Shown: piece after piece, positions 38,400 through 52,547 of the stretch
Numbering within the stretch: position 1 is the stretch's first letter
Layout: each line of letters opens with the position of its first letter
NCBI GenBank assembly: GCA_002633005.1
Contig: NMRA01000125.1
Coordinates: 329,206 to 393,205 of the forward strand
Length of the DNA: 64,000 nucleotides
Direction of reading: 5' to 3'
DNA from: Phoronis australis
Lineage: Eukaryota > Animalia > Phoronida
Made by a program: the position numbers and the translations under genes
The notes under the pieces: model-generated
Told to the model about the DNA's origin: nothing
Seen by the model: only the letters and a program-made list of their open reading frames with translations
The model's database searches: none

Positions 38400-40054
38400 G
38401 TTTTGCTAATCGTTGCGAGCTTAGTGACCTGTTCCCATGCTTGGAGACGGTGGGTGACCTGGTCTAAAGCCTGCGACGACGGCTACATTCGATATCGACG
38501 TTCATGCTACAAGTTCGTTAGCGCTTCACTGAACTGGTGGACGGCTATGGCGAAATGTCACGAGGAGGCCGCCCATCTTGTTACCATCTCCTCCAGAGGA
38601 GAACAATATTTTGTAGAAAGAGTCATATACCACACCCTCCTCAACGGAGGATCTTTCGCGAATAAACGCCTGTGGATTGGCGGGAATGATCAACTGACCG
38701 AAGGGAGATTCATTTGGGAATCCAGCGGACGACGGCTTACCTATTCCAAGTATTACAAAGGTGTGTATCCAAGAAGAGAGTTCGTTTTCTTAATGCATTT
38801 CTGTTTGAAAAATTTTAGTGCAAACCGTGGCTACTTATCTCGCCACGAATAAGTTGAATAATCTTCTTGACACTGTAGTGCCGTTACGGGATGCATGTGC
38901 CTAAAATATTCGCAAGGAAAAATGCTTTGGGACAGGGATTGTGAGCTCCTTTGCAGGATCAATTCCTGGAAATTTTGTTCATAAGCGGCTGCGTTTTGTC
39001 TACTAAAAAGTAATAAATCAGACAGCTCGGGACCAATGATTGCTCAGAAAAAAGCAAATACGGTGAATAAACCTACCCGATTCACGTGGCTTTGTTTTAT
39101 TTAGCACAGACCGCGGCTTTAAGCAGTTTTCTGTTGTGACGGAAAAACTGACCATGATGCGTGAACGGGAAATGCCTCTCTGTGTTTGGTCCGCTCGTGT
39201 TCTGTTTGACTAGCGTTACAAACTACTCGTCTGAATGTACTGAAACACTGTTTGAACCTATTTCCTTGCGTTGAGTGCATTTGTCTTTATTTTGAAAAAA
39301 CAGTCAAAGTTTATTTTGAAGTTTCAAAATTGGCCCAGACATAAAATATTTTAAGCCTGTGATAGATTTAATTTTTGAGTCGAGTAATAACATTGTCCAA
39401 AACGTGTGGTTCATAAACAACATGAATGTACCTCCACCGAAATTCCTATATCGGTTTTCGTTGGTGGAGGTGGAAAAACGCCTATGCGTTAGATTAGGTG
39501 GCACTCGATAGTTTTTTCGAGACACAGTCGAATTCACCGAACCCGTCCCACCCCCCATCACGTGGAGATTTTTGCCTTGCGCCATTGCGTTGCTCGCAAG
39601 CCAGACTGTGATTGGAACTCTTCCAGTTCCGTCTTCTTTGTCATCGAATGGCGTCGTCAGATTATTAAACCCGTTAAACTCACAGGCGTCCTTAGCTTTG
39701 ACACTATTGTATCGTAAGTTCAATCACAGACGTCTTTAGCTTCCGATCGTCACCGCTGTATGTAATACTAGTCTTATATATAGTGTTATGTGGAAGATTG
39801 AACTTACGATATAGTGTCCAATTTATCAGACGCTGCGTTACCTAACTGAATGTTAATCTGGTGGAGTACGAAATCTTGGAGGGGTATTGATGTTATACAC
39901 ACAACTGACATCAATTTTCCTATATCGTTTTGCCGCAGGTGAGCCGAACAGCAGCGGAAACGAAGACTGCCTGGAAATCCGAATCGATCACCATGATACG
40001 TGGAACGACAAGAAATGTTCAAGTAAAGCGAGCTACATCTGTGAACGACATTAG
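38400..40054 (+). CDS. Secreted single-domain C-type lectin (perlucin-like), copy A; exons 38400-38760 and 39939-40054; the first exon appears damaged
   Basis: C..GY....SCY, A..C....AHLVTI, WIGG, EG.F.W, then GEPNSSGNEDC...WNDKKC...YICE*; phase-1 intron gtgtgt...gcag. Confidence 0.88.
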
Positions 40055-41009
40055 TTCGAAGGCTTTATCTGTTATGTGAACGCTGAAATCAATAAATTTG
40101 GCATTAGCTACTCTACCCAATGAAAATTGTTCTTTGACAGCCAAATCCAATCTTGTAACAGAATCTATTCTCGTACAATAATCAGGCTTGAGGAAGGGAG
40201 GGTGGGAGTCGTGAACCTCATAGGCAGGTTTCACTAACCTTCATACATCAGTCAGTTACCTAAGCGAGACCAAAGTACATGTACCTGAAACGAGATTTAA
40301 TGTGGTTTTAAAAATAAACCTCAGTGACACAGCAAACTAATGTGACATTTAGTTTTGATTTTAAGGAAAGTCAGGGATATGAAGCAAAGCCATACGGTCT
40401 TGAAATGAATGCCAATCTTTGAGCTACCATCGAACTGCTCATGAAGAAAACAGGCGGATTTAGAGGGCGCCAGGTCCTCTACGCCCTTAACATGATTTTT
40501 TCTTATTCCGTGGACAGTACAAACAAACCAACGGAACAGTAATTATCACGGGCAAATGTCTCTACAAGATATCAATTGATCTGTATTTTTGCAATAAGTT
40601 TTTCCTTTTAAAGCTACCATGATATATATTTTTTCACAGATTGCCTTCTTGAGGCTTTAAAACCAAGTAAGAGTTGAGAAAAACATACCCTAATACAAAA
40701 CAACTGAACAGTCATAAATATTCAACCAATATCTAACAAAACTGTAAACATGGGTAATGCATATTGATTTTGTACTGCTACTGACTATAAAACATTTGTT
40801 TGCAGTTAACTCAAAATGTAATATTTCATTATTATCATTATCATTATTATACCAATTAGGTATAGGTTTTAGTTGGCAACAGTCCTTTCAAACGTGTCTT
40901 GTTGAATACACTGACTTTGATTTTTCCAGTGAACTACACTAACGCTAATAACAATATTAATAAGTATAATTTTAATAGTAATAATAACAACAACAACACC
41001 AAAAAATCA

Positions 41010-41026
41010 ATAATGAAAATGATAAT

Positions 41027-41066
<40 letters not shown>
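41010..41066. repeat. (AAT)n microsatellite; degenerate mirror at about 46293-46415
   Basis: Directly visible. Confidence 0.9.
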
Positions 41067-43209
41067 GAATTAAAAGGTTATGAAAATCTGATAGAAAAGG
41101 CAGGAATGTAAACTTTAAAGGCAACGGCGGAATATTCTATAAAATGGCCGCATTTAGCAGTCTTTCTTTTCTCGACTGTCCCCGCACCACGCGTCGGTTG
41201 CCACGGTTTAACCCTGACGCCCTGAAAATTTTTAGGGCGTCCGTGCCCGCCCCCCCGCCCCCCGCTTCCTACGGCCCTGTGATGCATTGTCTGCAACGTC
41301 ACTTTAATATCTATTTTCAGCAGACATGATTTAATTAATTTTCACCCTCTGCACTCACAAGACCTTGAACAACGGTTTTATTGAGGAGTTGTTTTTATGC
41401 TGTCATCTGTTTAGTGCGCGATGGTAGAGTCCGCAACACCAAAATTACATATCGAATCCATAGAATCCAGCTATCAGCGTCTACATAGACCGGCGACTGC
41501 TAGTCGAGGGACAGGGAGGGAGGTCCACCAGATACTGGCAACAATTATGGAAAATTCGGACAAATCAAGGACAAAATTGGGCAGGGAGAATCCAATGGAA
41601 AAATACGAGAGAGATTATAGAAGTCGCAGCACCGATCAGCGAGGGAAGGTAACGGGAGGGCGAAATCATTGTTGGAGATCGACGAGGATGGAATGGTGAT
41701 GACGACTGTGACCGGAAAATGCCAGATGACCCCGAAATGGTTGGCGATGAGTCGCATGGAACGCGTATAATTTCACAAAATATTCAAGCAAAAACACAAG
41801 AGATACATGTAGATTTAATTTTAAAAATAGATATAAATACGTGACAATTTAACTACGGTATGCAGCAGACCAAAAATCGTGCCATCTACGTCTGATGCCT
41901 TGCCATAAATTCAAACGTTTTGGCCTACTTCGTCATGTCTCACGATACGTAGTAGGCCTACTACAGGGTCAGTGACCGAAAGTCTGATTTCGAGAACACT
42001 GAAGGTTGAAAGCGCCCAGCTACTAAGAAATCAAACAACTAGTGTCTTTAATGAAAAATGTAGCAACGATAGCGAAACAGAAGCAGGTTCATCCATGTCC
42101 AGGATTTGGACCAAGTAAGCGAACCTCTTCTTGAAACAAAAAAGGTATCACAACAATAATACATTTGACATTTCAAACGACGCTTTCCAACCAAATTAAT
42201 CCGCTCTATATGGAAACTGACTGATTGATCTCCCTCCAAACACCATTGAGTAATATAGATTCAAGTCTCTCCTGACTCAGTGTCTAATGAAGTTGAGATT
42301 TGACTCTCTCTTCATGTCAGAGAACAATGGTTACGAAGTGCCCAACACTGGGTACCCCGGCGTCTTTACCCGGCAGTACCAAGCAGTTTAGGTAGCTAGC
42401 ACAGCCAGAGCATCGTTAAACGAAGAGGTGTTTCGTTTCGTCTCTGTCTTCATCAACATTGCCCTCATTTTCAACCCAAAAAAGCGAGGGTTTCATATGT
42501 GGCCAGCTGTAGCTCGTTTGAACTTAGCAAAGACCTTTACAAAACTAACGCGTTCCCGTCATCGCACTCACTTGGCAATATCCAGTCTACGTACCATACA
42601 GCAAAAGGCATGGTTATCAAATTCTCGTGCTCTCCTTTTCATACATTTTCTCAAAATGATCTGGGGCGAAAACACTGAATGCATCAACGACGGTTTATCG
42701 CAGTGCTACTCGTCCTCGACGGTATCGCAAAGTTATTATGAACTCTAATCCAAGTGCATATTCATACTCGAACTGGTACTTTCTTAATTTGAGTTCGTGC
42801 CAAGCGTAAATCTATATTGTGTCGCTCTCCTGTTTCATTTTAGCGTAGAGCGCATCTAGTTTAGACTACAATGAACAGGATTTTAAGATGTAAAACTCAA
42901 GTTCGATTCTGAGTTCGATCAAGATTGAAATCGGCCCGGACTCCCAGGCGTGCGCCCACCACATACTTAAATATTACAGGGATCTTAGGCTTGGGTTGTG
43001 TTGGTAATTGTAAAACTACGATGTTGAAAAAATTGGACACACAGTAGAGTTGTGTTAAAAGCTAGGTCCCATTTGTACGGGATAGGTGTTTTAACAGGTC
43101 CGCGAATTATGTTTAGTCGAAGTTAGTGCCATTAAATTGAATTACTGTCGATGCGTCCTTTTCTAGCTTCGTGGAAAGTCAACTAAATGTAGGAATTCTT
43201 TTTTGCTTA

Positions 43210-43400
43210 TCGTCATTTATTTAGCCATCAACGAACGTACGTGTTGGCCAAACACAATTGCATAATTGCATGCCACAAATAACTCTGTAGATGACATTTT
43301 TACCACGACATTCGGCATGGCAACGACAACAATCACAGTTACCCGTATTTTTGTTGCAAAGTGCTTGAAATCATTGGAAGTGTTGCTTGTCAGAGTTTGG
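43210..43400 (-). mobile_element. Possible Penelope-like GIY-YIG endonuclease remnant
   Basis: The minus strand reads CRGKNVIYRVIC...(frameshift)FGQHVRSL, resembling the C..KNVIY.I.C..C...YVG.T.R.L motif; heavily decayed. Confidence 0.3.
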
Positions 43401-44165
43401 TGCACGCATTGCCGTTGGGAGGGGAAAGAGGCACATTATCTCACCTCCACCCTTGAACCCTTCAAAGAGGTACCCACACCGCCACTGAGCATGGTCCGGG
43501 TGTCGTATTAGGGTCTAATGTTGGTTTCTCACCGCAGATCCCCGGTCCGTGTAGTCTTCGGTCTCTATGTTCCCAACCGATTCTCCTGCCCCCGGCCCCA
43601 TGATCCTCCGATCCTATGTTCCCCCTGTCTCGATGTTCTCCCTGCCTTGTGTTCCTTGGCCCGATCCGTTTTTCTATGTTTCTGCAGGGATATTTTTAGT
43701 GCAGAGCTCGGCGTCATTCGTGAACTGAAAAAATCACTAGCGCACTTGGTTTGCTCACCTTGTGTCCATTGGCGGTCGAGAATCACGCTATGTTGTCTTG
43801 TTAGTCTATGTCTCTTATGTAATAACTAGCCGTTAGCAGCTAGTGGGAAACGCCGAGGAGAAATAGCTACACCGAAGAGTGAATCGATCGAGTGTTCATC
43901 GCAAGAGACAGGAATAATTCTTGAAGAGACCATGTTCAAAGCTTCAAGCAGAATTTCTGTCACCTGTCAGATTTTAGTGGGCAATTAAGGTGTGCGGCTG
44001 TGGGATTCTTCCCCTAGGCAGTACAAATTTCTTTCCAGAACATTTGACCCTGCCGTAACGCAAAGTACGGTAATCAGATATTCTCCAGTTTAAAGTGAAA
44101 ACTAAGAATGTATTTAAAATATTGTATAGCACACAAAGTATATAGATGTCAGTTGGGGGCCAAGG

Positions 44166-44759
44166 NNNNNNNNNNNNNNNNNNNNNNNNNNNNNNNNNNN
44201 NNNNNNNNNNNNNNNNNNNNNNNNNNNNNNNNNNNNNNNNNNNNNNNNNNNNNNNNNNNNNNNNNNNNNNNNNNNNNNNNNNNNNNNNNNNNNNNNNNNN
44301 NNNNNNNNNNNNNNNNNNNNNNNNNNNNNNNNNNNNNNNNNNNNNNNNNNNNNNNNNNNNNNNNNNNNNNNNNNNNNNNNNNNNNNNNNNNNNNNNNNNN
44401 NNNNNNNNNNNNNNNNNNNNNNNNNNNNNNNNNNNNNNNNNNNNNNNNNNNNNNNNNNNNNNNNNNNNNNNNNNNNNNNNNNNNNNNNNNNNNNNNNNNN
44501 NNNNNNNNNNNNNNNNNNNNNNNNNNNNNNNNNNNNNNNNNNNNNNNNNNNNNNNNNNNNNNNNNNNNNNNNNNNNNNNNNNNNNNNNNNNNNNNNNNNN
44601 NNNNNNNNNNNNNNNNNNNNNNNNNNNNNNNNNNNNNNNNNNNNNNNNNNNNNNNNNNNNNNNNNNNNNNNNNNNNNNNNNNNNNNNNNNNNNNNNNNNN
44701 NNNNNNNNNNNNNNNNNNNNNNNNNNNNNNNNNNNNNNNNNNNNNNNNNNNNNNNNNNN
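44166..44759. other. Assembly gap (run of N)
   Basis: Directly visible. Confidence 1.
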
Positions 44760-47301
44760 GATACTGTCCTGTATTCATACAGTATGAATAAGACTATTAG
44801 ACACCGGTTAAATCCGCCAGATATGTGTTTATTGTACATGTATGTGCTTCAAGCACGCGGCTATTAAACATCACTGCAGAAACGAAATAGTTGCTGCGGC
44901 GCCACCTACATGACAAGACTAAAAATCGTTCACAATCCGCCATTTTTTCACGGTGTTGTAAAGTTAACCAATGACTGCCGAGGTTACATCGACCAATGCT
45001 AAAGCGCGTGCCCCTGCGTGATACCTGCGTGCTGGCTGGGCTAAGCCCGCAGGGAACCAGCGAGTTGAGCCGAACGACTGACGTCACCAAGGCCAGTACG
45101 AAACTGGCCACCTTCCCTCCGCGTCCGCGAAAAAACGGCCTGAGAGAAAAAAATAGAACACCTCAAATCCAAATAAGGGGTTGGTGCAATACCCGGGGAC
45201 CAAGGCAGTGCTGAAACGGGCGCAACGAAGGTCTGTAGTGGAGAAAGGGAGACGTAGTTTGTGCAAACGATGCATTTTATATAATAGATACCCTCTGACA
45301 CAATGCCACCTATAACTTTCGTAGCACTGTGAAACGGTGTAATGTAATGATTCCAATTGCAAATCAAAATAAAAATAAATGACCAAAATAACAAACTCAT
45401 TGGAATCGACGTCTAAGACAAAATTGTAAAAAAATAACGATTCAAACGGCGGAGAGGCACGATTGCGAGCTGGGTCTAGACCAATCAACTAGCCCAAACA
45501 CTGATAACAGACGAAATTACGTGCGTTAAAGATGCCACCAAAGAAAAATACCGAAAAGAAAAACATAATGAAAATCACCATACATCAAGGTAAACGATTG
45601 TGTTCACTGCAAATTGGGTTAAAATCAAAGAATTATTTTACGATTTGATGAGTGCCCTTTTTAACTGATTCGTCACTGCAATTTTGTTGTTTTGACGTTG
45701 ATATCGTGGGTTGTTACTGTACATGGTTTTGTTGTCGTTCTCACTTCAAAGATTCTGTTTCGCTACTCAGAGCGCTTTGCGTTTAGTGTCAGTCGTTATC
45801 TCTCCTGTGTACTACCAATCGTCCGGCGGCAGAGTTTGTCGACATGAGGATTACAGGTTAAACTCTACTCAGAATTTCTGTCAGGGTATTTTTTTAGAAA
45901 TTATTGGTTTTGATGAGAATCGGGTGAAAGACAGCGGAGTTAGAAGCATTTGCTTTCTGACCATGGAACTCTAGCTAAAGCCGTGTGGTCTGACATACTC
46001 CCGATGTTGACCTCCGTAGACGTTCGTTTGGCAAAGAAACACCGCTGTTGAGTCTTTCTATACGCAAATACCAATGAAACGGTTCCTATTGTGCAAGTAA
46101 TTATTAAATTAAAGATTTTGCGGCAAGAATTCCCGGCCATTTCATAGAATATTCCACCGTTGCCTTTAAAGTTTACCGTCTTTATATAAAAATTTTCCAA
46201 GCCTTTTTTCAGATTTTCCCCGCCCATTTTTCATACATCCCTGCCTTTTCTATCAAATTTTCGTAACCTTTTAATAGATTTTCACGTCTTTTATAATAAT
46301 AATACTAATACTACTAATAATAGTGATAATAATAATAATTATTATTATTATCATTATTGTTGTTTTTATTGCTGTTGTTGTTATTATTACTATTTTAATT
46401 ATTAATATTATTATTAGCGTTAGTGTAGTTCAATGGAAAAATCAGTCAGTGAATTCAACAAGACACGTTTGAAAGGACTGTTGCCAACTAAAACCTATAC
46501 CTAATTGGTATAATAATGATAATGATAATAATAATAATAATGAAATATTACATTTTGAGTTAACTGCAAACAAATGTTTTATAGCCAGTAGCATTACAAA
46601 ATCAAAATGCATTACCTATGTTTACAGTTTTGTTAGATATTGGTTGAATATTTATGACTGATCAGTTGTTTTGTATTAGGGTAAGTTTTTCCCAACTCTG
46701 CCTCAAGAAGACAATCTGTGAAAAAATATATATCATTGTGGTTTTATAAGGAAAAACCTATTGCAAAAATACAGATCAATTGATATCTTGTAGAGACATT
46801 TGCCCGTGATAATTACTGTTCCGTTGGTTTGTTTGTACTGCCAACGGAATAAGAAAAAATCATGTTAAGGGCGTAGAAGATCTGGCGCCCTCTAAATCCG
46901 CCTATGTTTTCTTCATGAGCAGTTCGATGGTAGCTCAAAGATTGGAATTCATTTCAATACCGTATGGCATTGCTTCATATCCCTGACTCTACTTAACATC
47001 AAAACTAAATGTCATATTAGTTTGCTGTGTCACTGAGGTTTATTTTAAAACCACGTTAAATCTCGTTTCAGGTACATGTACTTTGTTCTCATTTAGGTAA
47101 CTGGCTGATGTATGAAGGTTAGTGAAACCTGCCTATGAGGTTCACGACTCCCACCCTCCCTTCCTCAAGCCTGATTATTGTCAGAGAATAGATTCTGTTA
47201 CAAGATTGGATTTGGCTGTCAAAGAACAATTTTCATTGGGTAGAGTAGCTAATCCCAAATTTATTTATTTCAGCGTACACATAACAGATAAAGCCTTCGA
47301 A

Positions 47302-49793
47302 CTAATGTCGTTCACAGATGTAGCTCGCTTTACCCGAACATTTCTCGTCATTCCACGTATCATGGTGATCGATTCGGATTTCCAGGCAGTCTTCGTTTCC
47401 GCTGTTGTTCGGCTCACCTGCGGCAAAACGATATAGGAAAATTGATGTCAGTTGAGTGTGTATAACATCAATACCCCTCCAAGATTTCGTAATCAAGCAG
47501 ATTAACATTCAGTTAGGTAACGCAGCGTCTGAAAAAGTGGACACTATATCGTAAGTTCAAAGGTCCCCAATACACTATATATAAGACTAGTATTACATAC
47601 AGCGGTGACGATCGGAAGCTAAAGACGTCTGTGATTGAACTTACGATACAGTAGGGTCAAAGCTAAGGACGCCTGTGAGTTTAACGGGTTTAACAATCTG
47701 ACGACGCCATTCGATGACAAAGAAGACGGAACTGGAAGAGTTCCAATCACAGTCTGGCTTGCGAGCAACGCAATGGCGCAAGGCAAAAATCTCCACGTGA
47801 TGGGGGGGAGGTCGAGGAATTTGACTGTGTGTCAAAAAACTATCGAGATCCACCTAATCTAAGCCAATCGCACAGGCGTTTTTCCACCTCCACCAACGAA
47901 AAGTGATAGAAGAATTTCGGTGGTGGTACATTCATGTTGTTTATGAACCACACGTTTTTGGACAATGTTATTACTCGACAACTCAAAAATTAAATCTATC
48001 ACAGGCTGAAAATGAGTTATGTCTGGGCCAAATTTGAAACTTCAAAATAAATTTTGACTGTTTTCTCAAATTAAAAACAAATGCACTCAACAGAAATAGG
48101 TTCAAACAGTGTTTCAGTACAGTCAGGCGAGCAATTTGTAACACTAGTCAACCAGGACAAGAGCGGACAAAACCCAGAGAGGCATTTCCCGTTCATGCAT
48201 CATGGTCAGTTTTCCCTTCACAACAGAAACTGCTTAAAGCTGCGGTCTGTGCGAAATAAAACAAACCCACGTGAATCGGGATGGTTTATTCAACGTATTT
48301 GCCTTTTTAAGAGTCCCGAGCTGTCTGATTTATTATTTTTTCGTAAACAAACCGCAGCGGCTTATGAACAAAATTTCCAGGAATTGATCCTGCAAAGGAG
48401 CTCACAATCCCAGCAAATTGATGTACCAAAGCATTTTTTCCTTGTGAATATTTCAGGCACATGCAGCCGGGAACGGCACTACAACTTATTCGTGCCGAGA
48501 TAAATAGCCACGTTTTGCACTAAAATTTTTCAAACAGAAATGCATAAAAAACGAACTCTCTTCTTGGATACACACCTTTGTAATACTTGGAATAGGTAAG
48601 CCGTCGTCCGCTTGATTCCCAAATGAATCTCCCTTCGCTCAGTTGATCATTACCCCCAATCCACAAGCGTTTATTCGCGAAAGACCCTTTGTTGAGGAGG
48701 GTGTGGTATATGACTCTTTCTACAAAACATTGTTCTCTTCTGGAAGAGATAGTAACAAGATGGGCTCCCTCCTCGTGACATTTGGCCATAGCCGTCCACC
48801 AGTTCACTGAAGCGCTAACGAACTTGTAGCATGAACGTTGATATCGAATGTAGCCGTCGTCGCAGACTTTAGACCAGGTCACCCACCGTCTCGAAGTATG
48901 GGAGCAGGTCACTAAGCACGCAACGATTAGCAAAACCTGTGAAAAGTCGTTACAAAATATCGTGAGTGAGTTGGATTCGTAGCGTTGCCTGATCACGTAG
49001 GATATTAATGGTCACATATTGTTACAGGCTCACACAGTCAGTGATTCGTGACACATCTCATTTAGAGCTAAATTATGTCCCACAAATCTATCTATTTGCC
49101 TTGCCGATTAGTTATCTCGTACTGAAAAATAATTTTACCTGAAACCTACTAATTGATATGCCGCGCGTCCACGCTGTCATTTTGCTTTTAAACTGAGAAA
49201 ACTTCCTGGGAATGCTTACACTTATGGTGATGTAGCATCCTAGACAATTGTCCTAATTTGAGTATTTTCAAAGCCTCAATGAAACAACCAAAATATTCCG
49301 AATGATCTCAGAAATGGCTGATCAGATTCATGTGAAACTTTCACATTGATGTTTTATGCACTGTTGTCCAAAACGGGTAGAAGAATTATATTGAAAACGT
49401 TCCACTTCTACGATAGGGAATATATAAAACTATGATTTTTATCATTTTTAAAACTCATAAATGAAAATGAAATGATGATGTTTTAGAAATCTATAGCAGC
49501 GTTTATGAAGCTTCATATTGAGTATTTTCATCAAACGAATTATTCATGTTGTTGATACCGTTGTTTAGTTATTATTGTACCTTCGTTTTTTGCTAAAGTT
49601 TACTAAAATTTCATGGTAATGCGACACAATTGATGACATTTTGTTATCAAATTAAAACCACTTTCCACAGGTATTTTACGTTCAGAATCTACATACTTTT
49701 AGAGAATCACATTCTACAGTTTTGAGATATTAGGCTAATTAAAATGCACAGACTTACCGAAAGGTCTTCCGTAACCTTAATAAAAGACAACAT
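47302..49793 (-). CDS. Secreted single-domain C-type lectin (perlucin-like), copy B; exons 49793-49758 (or 49793-49776), 48936-48576 and 47417-47302
   Basis: ATG TTG TCT TTT ATT AAG... first exon with a gtaagt donor splices in phase 0 to VLLIVACLVTCSH (signal-peptide-like); CTLD with WIGG, EPNN, WND and conserved cysteines; first-exon assignment is less certain. Confidence 0.87.
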
Positions 49794-50169
49794 GTCTTTG
49801 GTTCAATCTAACTAATCAACGCTCTTCAAGTTATCACGAGCGCGAGATACACACTTGGTTGATGCACGGCTGCGAACTGATTGTATTATTAGAGGCTGTC
49901 GATGCCCTTATTGGTTAAGCAATAACAGGAATGTTTCAATTCACGCGCGTCCTTGCAGTTTTTTACGATAGTTGTGTAAAAATTAAACGAGATCCGTGGA
50001 AAAATCTGATCCGCGATCATCACTAAAGAATGCAAGGACAAGGTTTGGGAATTTTTGTAACCCGGATCAAAGATCATGATTTGTTTCAGTGTATAATTTG
50101 AATTTTAGTCATCTTATTCGCCAAACTCGGGTCCAGCAACTTAAAAGTTTTATATTCACCCAAGTTGAA

Positions 50170-52514
50170 GCAAAAACAACTATGTTAACCTGGTCCAAGT
50201 TTTTTTGCAATGAAATGAGAAAACGACAAAATTCGAATCAATTTTTTAAAACAGATTAATTTTTATTTAAAATAAACAAAATAATCACGTATGTTTTGAT
50301 ATACAGTCTGATGGTGCGGTACAATGCTCTTTAGGGTTGTTTCCATGGATTGTTCAGTCGACTAAAATGGCAACAGAACGTTGGTCTCCCCGCTAGGTTA
50401 CCCTTCATTTTTGGGACAAGTGTTTTCACATCGTAATAATGCTAAATGCCCGTGACTCTTCTAAAAACGGCATAATAATTGGAATTCTACATTTTTTGGA
50501 ATTTAAAATGTTTAACCCGAGCTTACGCGGACTGGCTTCTTGTAATCGACTTCCGTGGTGATCCAGTTTACGATAACGTACTGAAAATACACTGACAGGG
50601 GCTAACTGGCGCCGTGACAACTCGCTCCGCGCAAACGCGACCTAATAACTGAATCGTCAGGCAGTCAACGTTAACAGATAGTGATGTGTTTCTTTCAGCA
50701 ACTGCAAACCTAAAATTTACAGAGAACGACTTTACTTTTCCCACCAAAAAGGAACTTAGGAACCATGTTAGCATGGGCAGGCCTCTTTCGAAATTTGCCG
50801 GGCAAATCGGAATAACAATTAAGCCATGAAGATTCCTTGCGCAGTTAGATAGCTTAGTGCTCTTAGGTGTCCAGCAGATTGGTAACCTCGTCCTACTGAA
50901 TTGTTTTGTTCATTCAAAAGATTCACAAGATTTATTGTACCCAATGCAATCAACATTCTTGCTTTTACTATGAAGCTTCTTACAAAAGCCAGGTTTACAT
51001 TTTAAAATGAGACCACGACAAACGGTGAGGCCTAGACCTAACTTGCTCACAAATGAGCTACCTACGCGATATATGAACTTTCTTCTTGATATCTGAATGT
51101 CGTGCTTAACCTTTTTGAGAATCACCCGCATAACAGTCGTGCAGTTGATACTTACAAAAAGTCTCATGATTCCAAACTGTCTCTTTCTTGCACCGACAGA
51201 AGTAAGACTTTGGGTAGCTTGGAAAGGATTTGATGAATATATAGCCATTTCCGAAGTTCTTATCACTGAGATGACGGGTGCTTATTGGTGGGATAATATC
51301 AATAGCACGGTCTCTATTCATTGTTCGACTTGAAAAAAAAANGCAAAAACAACTATGTTAACCTGGTCCAAGTTTTTTTGTAATGAAATGAGAAAACGAC
51401 AAAATTCGAATCAATTTTTTAAAACAGATTAATTTTTATTTAAAATAAACAAAATAATCACGTATGTTTTGATATACAGTCTGATGGTGCGGTACAATGC
51501 TCTTTAGGGTTGTTTCCACGGATTGTTCAGTCGACTAAAATGGCAACAGAACGTTGGTCTCCCCGCTAGGTTACCCTTCATTTTTGGGACAGGTGTTTTC
51601 ACATCGTAATAATGCTAAATGCCCGTGACTCTTCTAAAAACGGCATAATAATTGGAATTCTACATTTTTTGGAATTTAAAATGTTTAACCCGAGCTTACG
51701 CGGACTGGCTTCTTGTAATCGACTTCCGTGGTGATCCAGTTTACGATAACGTACTGAAAATACACTGACAGGGGCTAACTGGCGCCGTGACAACTCGCTC
51801 CGCGCAAACGCGACCTAATAACTGAATCGTCAGGCAGTCAACGTTAACAGATAGTGATGTGTTTCTTTCAGCAACTGCAAACCTAAAATTTACAGAGAAC
51901 GACTTTACTTTTCCCACCAAAAAGGAACTTAGGAACCATGTTAGCATGGGCAGGCCTCTTTCGAAATTTGCCGGGCAAATCGGAATAACAATTAAGCCAT
52001 GAAGATTCCTTGCGCAGTTAGATAGCTTAGTGCTCTTAGGTGTCCAGCAGATTGGTAACCTCGTCCTACTGAATTGTTTTGTTCATTCAAAAGATTCACA
52101 AGATTTATTGTACCCAATGCAATCAACATTCTTGCTTTTACTATGAAGCTTCTTACAAAAGCCAGGTTTACATTTTAAAATGAGACCACGACAAACGGTG
52201 AGGCCTAGACCTAACTTGCTCACAAATGAGCTACCTACGCGATATATGAACTTTCTTCTTGATATCTGAATGTCGTGCTTAACCTTTTTGAGAATCACCC
52301 GCATAACAGTCGTGCAGTTGATACTTACAAAAAGTCTCATGATTCCAAACTGTCTCTTTCTTGCACCGACAGAAGTAAGACTTTGGGTAGCTTGGAAAGG
52401 ATTTGATGAATATATAGCCATTTCCGAAGTTCTTATCACTGAGATGACCGGTGCTTATTGGTGGGATAATATCAATAGCACGGTCTCTATTCATTGTTCG
52501 ACTTGAAAAAAAAA
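50170..52514. repeat. Near-identical tandem duplication (50170-51341 / 51343-52514) joined by a single N; probable assembly overlap
   Basis: Offset 1173 bp, only a few SNPs, N at 51342; single-copy in the left arm. Confidence 0.88.
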
Positions 52515-52547
52515 CCTCATACTAATGCCCTGACGAAGTTACTTACA

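Larger units (their letters stand above)
30137..41150 (+). repeat. Left arm of a large diverged inverted duplication
   Basis: Collinear reverse-complement match to 46134-62583, e.g. 30137-30915 vs 61790-62583, 31180-32372 vs 60100-61313 and 32372-41150 vs 46134-54776. Confidence 0.93.

Noticed and set aside
30913-42941. Weak inverted similarity between CCGGGTCCGGTCTCTAATCTT (~30915) and AAGATTGAAATCGGCCCGG (~42940) as ends of a 12 kb composite element
   Set aside because: The match is short and gapped with no target duplication; more likely separate fragments of related MITEs
44108-44839. Long ORFs of 209-241 aa
   Set aside because: They consist almost entirely of X residues across the N gap
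50170-52514. Apparent recent tandem duplication with duplicated ORFs
   Set aside because: Single-N junction, near-identical copies and a single copy in the paralogous arm point to an assembly overlap
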